From the NCBI GenBank assembly GCA_904063045.1, contig CAJFCJ010000006.1:3426408-3490407 (forward strand): a DNA stretch of 64,000 nucleotides. The letters run 5' to 3'. The translations under genes were made by a program, and so were the position numbers. Below, one piece after another: positions 51,573-64,000 of this stretch. How positions within the stretch are numbered: the stretch's first letter is position 1; each line of letters starts with the position of its first letter. This DNA is from Dimorphilus gyrociliatus (Eukaryota > Animalia > Annelida). Under the pieces are notes generated by a model. That model saw only the letters and a list, made by a program, of their open reading frames with translations, was not told where the DNA came from and made no database searches.

Positions 51573-52438
51573 ATGGAAGTACCATGTATAAGAATTTTGA
51601 ACAAGTTTGGCATGAGCTATACTTGTACTTTGATAGCAACATTTATTACTATAGACTGTTATATTTTCTTTCCTTATGCTTTCAATGACACTGGTGTGTT
51701 TGGCTTTTCAAGAGTGATAATATTATATCTGACTGTCAATATTTTGGTCAATTATTATTTGATGTTAACAAATTATTCATATAAAGATGAGGCCATTTCC
51801 AAGCATCTTTTGGATAGATATTGCAGTAGTTGCCAAAAAGATGTACCTGGTTTTGCAAATCATTGTCCTTTATGCAAAACCTGCGTATTAAGAAGAGATC
51901 ATCATTGCTTTTTCACAGGTAATTATAATAACATAATGTATCTGTATATATACTAATAATAACATTTTCGATAAAAACAGGAGTCTGTATTGGAATTACG
52001 AATCGCCATTATTTCGCAGCCTTCTTATTACATTGTAGCATCGGATGCTGTTTAACTTTTATCTCATCGGTGATTTACATAAAATCTCTACAGTGGAAAA
52101 GCTATTGGTCTCTTTCACCTTTAACAGCATTCATAGACTGGTTAAGAGGATATAACAGTTTCCTCTTTTTGACTACAATTATTATAATTTACTTTTCATT
52201 TATATCATTCATAGGAGCAGTCCACTTTTTCATATATCAAATTTATTTCATTTTGAAAGATACTACTATGTATCATTATAGGAAGGGAAGAGTAAATGAT
52301 GGCATAGGACTTAACGGTAACGGTGTATCAAAAGCATGGAACTTTCAAGAAATTACTTTATCGTTTGCACTGAATATGTTATTTCCTTTTAAATTTTTAA
52401 AACAAATTACTAAATTCTTAAGAATTTCACAAAAATAG
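51573..52438 (+). CDS. DHHC palmitoyltransferase (ZDHHC22/24-like)
   Basis: YCSSCQ..ANHCPLCKTCVLRRDHHCFFTG|VCIGITNRHYF; intron between 51919 and 51980. Confidence 0.9.
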
Positions 52439-52580
52439 ACAAAAGAAAGAGATTTATAAAAAAAAAACTTAAACCGGACGTTATTTATTGCACCATTAGG
52501 AAATCAAAGGAATTTTTAGATACAATCTATATTATATTGTCGATAATATCGATTGAAAATTTTTAACTGTTTTTGCGAAA

Positions 52581-53785
52581 TCAATTATTACTAAATTTTT
52601 GAATTTCTTTAGAAGCTTCAGATAATCCTTTAAGTAATGATTTTGCTTTCATTTCTAAGTCGTCCTTACGGGAAAGTTCTTCTTCAAGAGTACTTTTAGC
52701 GCTGAGAAGTATTGCGGAGAGTTTGCCTTCGTTTATTTCCCCATTTAATTGATCATTTATCATGTTTAAATGACTTATTAATATCTTTAATTTATCGTAG
52801 CATGAAGCCAATTTAACAGCATCCGATTCCTTCTCCCACAAAAATATTAGGTTATTATGCTGAAAAAGAGAGAGTTGATTGACTTCCGATTTATTTTATA
52901 TATATATATATATATTTATTTAATTCTCACGTGGTTTTCAAGGCTAATTGCTCTTAAGCATTTATTCAGACGACCTAATTCTAATCGTAGACGCTTATTT
53001 TCTTTCTCTTCACTTTCCATTTTCATTCGATAAAAAGCGTTTTCTAAATGATTGTTCCTCTTTTGCATTTTCTTCTTCTCTTCTAAGGATGATAATTCGG
53101 TGGTTAAAGTTCTACAATTACTAGTTAAATCTTTTATATTTGATAAAGTTTTTTGAAAATCATTTTCTTGCTGTTCTAAATCGGATTTCAAGGTTGCAAT
53201 CAATATATCTTTGCTTTCTATTAGCTTCTCTATAGATTCACTTTCTCCAATTAAATTTATTGTTTGAATTTCTGCTTCCCTTTTAGACGAACGACTTTCT
53301 ATCGGTTTCATTAACATTTTATCCATATTGTTATCATTGAAAGCATTATCATCATCGGTAATAGAGCATAGAGATTTTGCGCTTTTAGGCTTATCGATTA
53401 CTCGATTCTCTCCATCCCTGGCTTCTGTGTTTTCGGTTAGATAGGAACTTTCATCAGCAGTCACGCAAAAATTACTAACATTTTCCAATTTATTTTCAGA
53501 GATTGATCCCAACTTTGGCATGAAATCATTTACATTCCTTGTACTATTAAAACTCTCGGATACAGAATATCTAGACGACTCTTTCAAACGTAGCCAATTT
53601 TTTAATCTATTACTAAACTTACGACCGAGTTTACTATCGCTAGATGGATATTTCTTCCCCTCCCCCGGATCTTTTGGCGTTGAACAACTCCTCGCCGATG
53701 TAAGAAAACTAAAAGATTTATTAAACTTTTTGAATTTTTTCGATGAATTAGAACTGCCATCTCCAGCGGCTAATCTATCATTCAT
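52581..53785 (-). CDS. Uncharacterised coiled-coil protein, 2 exons, about 380 aa
   Basis: ORF 53785-52916 has a donor CAC|gtgaga spliced in phase 0 to ttttcag|CAT at 52860, which continues into ORF 52841-52581. Ser-rich N-terminal half, heptad-rich C-terminal half. Confidence 0.7.
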
Positions 53786-54492
53786 TTTAATAATACCTTA
53801 CAAGATCTGTATAGTTTAAAAACTTAAAAGACTACGAATTCATAAAGTTTTTTTTTCAAATTTTTAAATATCCTATTATCGCTACTTTATTTTTTTGAAT
53901 TGCTTTACGACTTTCGTTTGAAAAAGTATTTATTTCTATTTTCGCTGTCTCAATTAATAGAATAATAGAACATATTTTAAGTACACTTTTAATCAAATGA
54001 AAATTGATTATTCTACATTTCGTGAAGCGATACAATAATTAATTTCTGAACAGATGAAATCGATCAGGTTAATTTGTTTCCACTTAAATTAAAGCTCTTT
54101 TTCTCTTTTAGTGAAAAATTAAAAAGGTGACATTCGAAAATTGCAATATATTGTTGTTGTATTCTTGTAACTTTATTGTTTTATTGTAAAACATAAAAAC
54201 GATATATCGACTTTATAGATTAAGGTTTCACAAGAATGACTTTTATTGTTATTAGCATACACCTTTTCATAATATGCAAATAGTTAGTTAGTTTTAATTA
54301 ACAATAAATCCATTCAGTTATTCTTTTTCTATAGTATAAATAATGTTATTTTTTTTCTGTTTGTGGAAAAAAGATCAATAAAATAGCTTTTTACACATAA
54401 AAAATACGCTTTATTTTATTACTTTATCGCAAAATTTATTAGCTTATTTAGGAAGCATTTTTTAAGAACTAGCAATTTAAACCAGTTGATAA

Positions 54493-54507
54493 CCGGAAGC
54501 GGAAGTG
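54493..54507 (+). promoter_or_regulatory. Tandem ETS (GABP-like) motifs upstream of MRPS30
   Basis: CCGGAAGCGGAAGTG, followed by a probable 5'UTR intron (donor 54541, acceptor 54656). Confidence 0.45.
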
Positions 54508-54697
54508 CTAGTAGAAGCAGAATTAGGGTATAGTACAGAAGTAAGTGAAGACTAAAATTAATAAATGGCGATTATTAAAAACCTATAGTACTTCATTATT
54601 GTTTCTTATAGATCATATTTTTTCCATATAATAGTATATTATTATCCTCTATACAGAAGAGGACATCGCGCACGTGCACCAAACTTATCCTTGAAGC

Positions 54698-56159
54698 ATG
54701 CGTCTAGATACACAGTTGCTAATTCGTATACAACGCTTAACATCGTGTAATCTGTTAGCAAGATCATATTCAACTGCACAGCCTCATCAAAAGGAAAAAT
54801 TAAAATATAAATATCCCAAAGTTAAATCAGAATATCCTCCAGGAAGATGGGATGAAGAAAATATTAAACCAAAAGCTGCTTGGAAAGTGTTTGAAGAAGG
54901 AGAAAAAATAAAATCAATTCCTAAAGTAATAGATCGCTTGGAACACATAGCCGGTGAGGAGGAATGTCGCTTCTTCTACGTAACCCCTGGTAGAAATTAC
55001 ACCAGAGCCAAATTAGAATATGAGCAATTTTTAACTCAAACTCATCTTATTAACAATGGAAAGCTACCTGATATTTACGAAAATTTAGAATACAGTAAAT
55101 ATTTGGACCGTACGAAATCTTTACTGGAACAATCGTTTGATTTACAGAAATTTCAATATAGAAATCTGAATAGTCTATCTCAAATTGATCAGAAGCATCA
55201 AATAGCTCAAGCATCGTTTAAACAATTATTAGGTAATTTATTACCCGAAATTTCTTCCAAATATAAACATTTATGGACTTGTCAACTTGATGAAAATGTC
55301 CTAACGCAAGCTTTTTGGGATAGAGGACCAATAATTCAAACAGATGACGACGGAGATTTAAAGAAAGTAGTTAAATTCAGAAACCCTGATAATCTATCCA
55401 TAAGATTTGCAGTATTAGGAGAAGCAGATTTCCAGATAAGAACTGAAGATCCTTTACCAAATGTAAGTTTTTTAGATATTCTTTTATAAACCTATTTTAT
55501 ATTAAAAAATATCTAAAATCTAATGTTTATAGTTTATTGATATGGAATCTGAAACCTGCACGTTATCGCCGATACCCTATTTGCCTGTTCATCCACTTTG
55601 TCATGGTTATCATAGTCAGGTCGGAAGAAGAAAAAATGTTAATGGTCACTTACTGGGTGACCCATGTGAATTTACTCATTTAAGAATTCATATTCTGAAA
55701 GATAGTATAGAAAATGGTGAAAAATTGGACGATTGGGATATTTTACATTGTGGTCTAATGAGCTCGTTTTCCTCAACTATGGCCCAGGCACACAATAATG
55801 GATTTAATATGTTTAACGATCTTCCGTTTCCGTTCGTGACACAAACTCTGGTTACAAATGGAGAATGGGTTCAAGGTTTCTCTTACCAACTTAACAACAT
55901 GAAATTATGGCAAAAGGACGGTTTGAGAAATATTTGCTGGTCGACACCCAAGTTAAATCTAAAAGATGCTGAAGGAATTAGTTTGTTAATGAAATTCTTA
56001 GTTCAAAAAACGCAATACAGGGAAAATTCTAGGATTGCCTTACCAGAAGACCCTTCGCCGGCATCTAAAGAAAAATTTATAAACTTTAAAGGCGAAGAAG
56101 AGTTGCCTTATCAAAAACTCGAACGCTATCAAGCACCTAAAAAAGCATTGTATTATTAA
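54698..56159 (+). CDS. MRPS30: Mitochondrial ribosomal protein S30 (mL65)
   Basis: Presequence-like N-terminus, EYPPG, FQIRTEDPLP, GDPCEF and PFPFVTQTLVTNG..YQLNNM. Two exons. Confidence 0.88.
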
Positions 56160-56394
56160 AAATAATGTTGACAACTTAGGCCTATAATTTCGATTATTTT
56201 GTTTATATTTATAATACACATTCGAGAGATGGCGTTGCCAATTTAAATAGGTTGCTACGTTACGGAAGCACTGACACCTGTTCCGCCTTAATTTTGAATT
56301 CAACAATTTGGGTATTTCCGGAACCAGACAATTAGTTATTAGCAGACGACCAACAAGCTTGGCTATTGATTTTCACTTGATTAAGCGTTTATAG

Positions 56395-60681
<4,287 letters not shown>

Positions 60682-61008
60682 AGAATTTCGTCTTTTTGCG
60701 TTGTTTTTTTACTTTTTTTTTTTTAAATTATTCTCTCTATCCGTTTTAATTATTCCTTTTTTTTCTATTTTTATTATCATCCTTTTTATGATCTTTGTAT
60801 GAATGAAAACTTGCCAAATCTTTGCTAGTTTGTCAGGTAGCTATATTTTTAATACTCATTTAAAATATTTGATTTTTGTTTATTGTAAATGAATAACCAG
60901 TGTTCGAAACATGCATTTTTTTTTTACATAATAATGTATGTAATCAATTATTCCTTAAAAGTTTTAACTTTCTCTTTAATACAAATTTGTACAAGCCGAA
61001 CGCCTTGA

Positions 61009-63528
<2,520 letters not shown>

Positions 63529-64000
63529 TTTATTACATAAATTTACTTATTGTACGTATATATACAAAAATATATATATACATACGTAATACATGCACAC
63601 CGTGCTAAGTATCAGTATCTTTAAACGCAGATCCATTGTCAGTTTGAACACCGAAAAGGACAAAAAATTCTTAACATCTCTGTGAGGTAGAAAATTCGAA
63701 ACAAAACTCACAGATTAACAAGACGTTCATAAAATAAAGAAAAAAATATAAATAAAAACAGAGTGCAATTAGCAAAAATTAAGCACAAAAACCTCTATTC
63801 ATTTAAAAAATATGACTCAGACCACGACAAAAATATTACGATTGGTAGAAGAAACAGAATCAAGTATCATTTGATTGACTTTCTGTCGTTTGTTGTTCAC
63901 TTACCGTCATTCGAGTACCGTGCCGTTCCATATGCTTGCTTAAATAGTCTTTTCGGATAAAGCCTTGATTACAAATTGTGCATGTGTATGGTTTCGCCTC

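Overview
Eukaryotic, strongly AT-rich, very gene-dense animal DNA: 27 protein-coding genes in 64 kb, most introns about 50-100 nt, and some intergenic gaps near 100 nt. The gene content suggests an invertebrate with a miniaturised genome, probably a lophotrochozoan such as a small annelid (inference only). I see no CRISPR array, rRNA, tRNA or recognisable transposon. Genes in order: SLC26 transporter (3' part), an unannotated 4-exon secreted 6-Cys protein, HARS, COQ2, GABA-A beta/LCCH3-like subunit, ADCK2, a short Mastermind, RPLP0, Snail, XXYLT1, an SDR16C-like protein, COPS6, ZMAT2, three claudin-like genes around a BTB-BACK-zinc-finger gene, a PRMT-like gene, PIBF1, IQCA1/DRC11, a DEG/ENaC channel, Josephin, a ZDHHC, an orphan coiled-coil gene, MRPS30, ASAP and a DUF2961/GH172-like protein. 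The main result is at COQ2. It has two tandem homologous exons that can only be used one at a time, the architecture that switches ubiquinone versus rhodoquinone synthesis in C. elegans. The introns flanking the canonical exon carry a 14-bp complementary pair that would loop it out, a candidate RNA-structure switch. Other notable items: alternative cytosolic and mitochondrial first exons of HARS, two C/D snoRNA candidates in RPLP0 introns, a 24-nt ASAP microexon, a Snail with a degenerate SNAG motif, and three intact genes that have lost catalytic residues (SDR, PRMT, GH172). Gene models were spliced by hand from GT-AG sites and frame continuity. Family assignments come from remembered motifs, not database searches.
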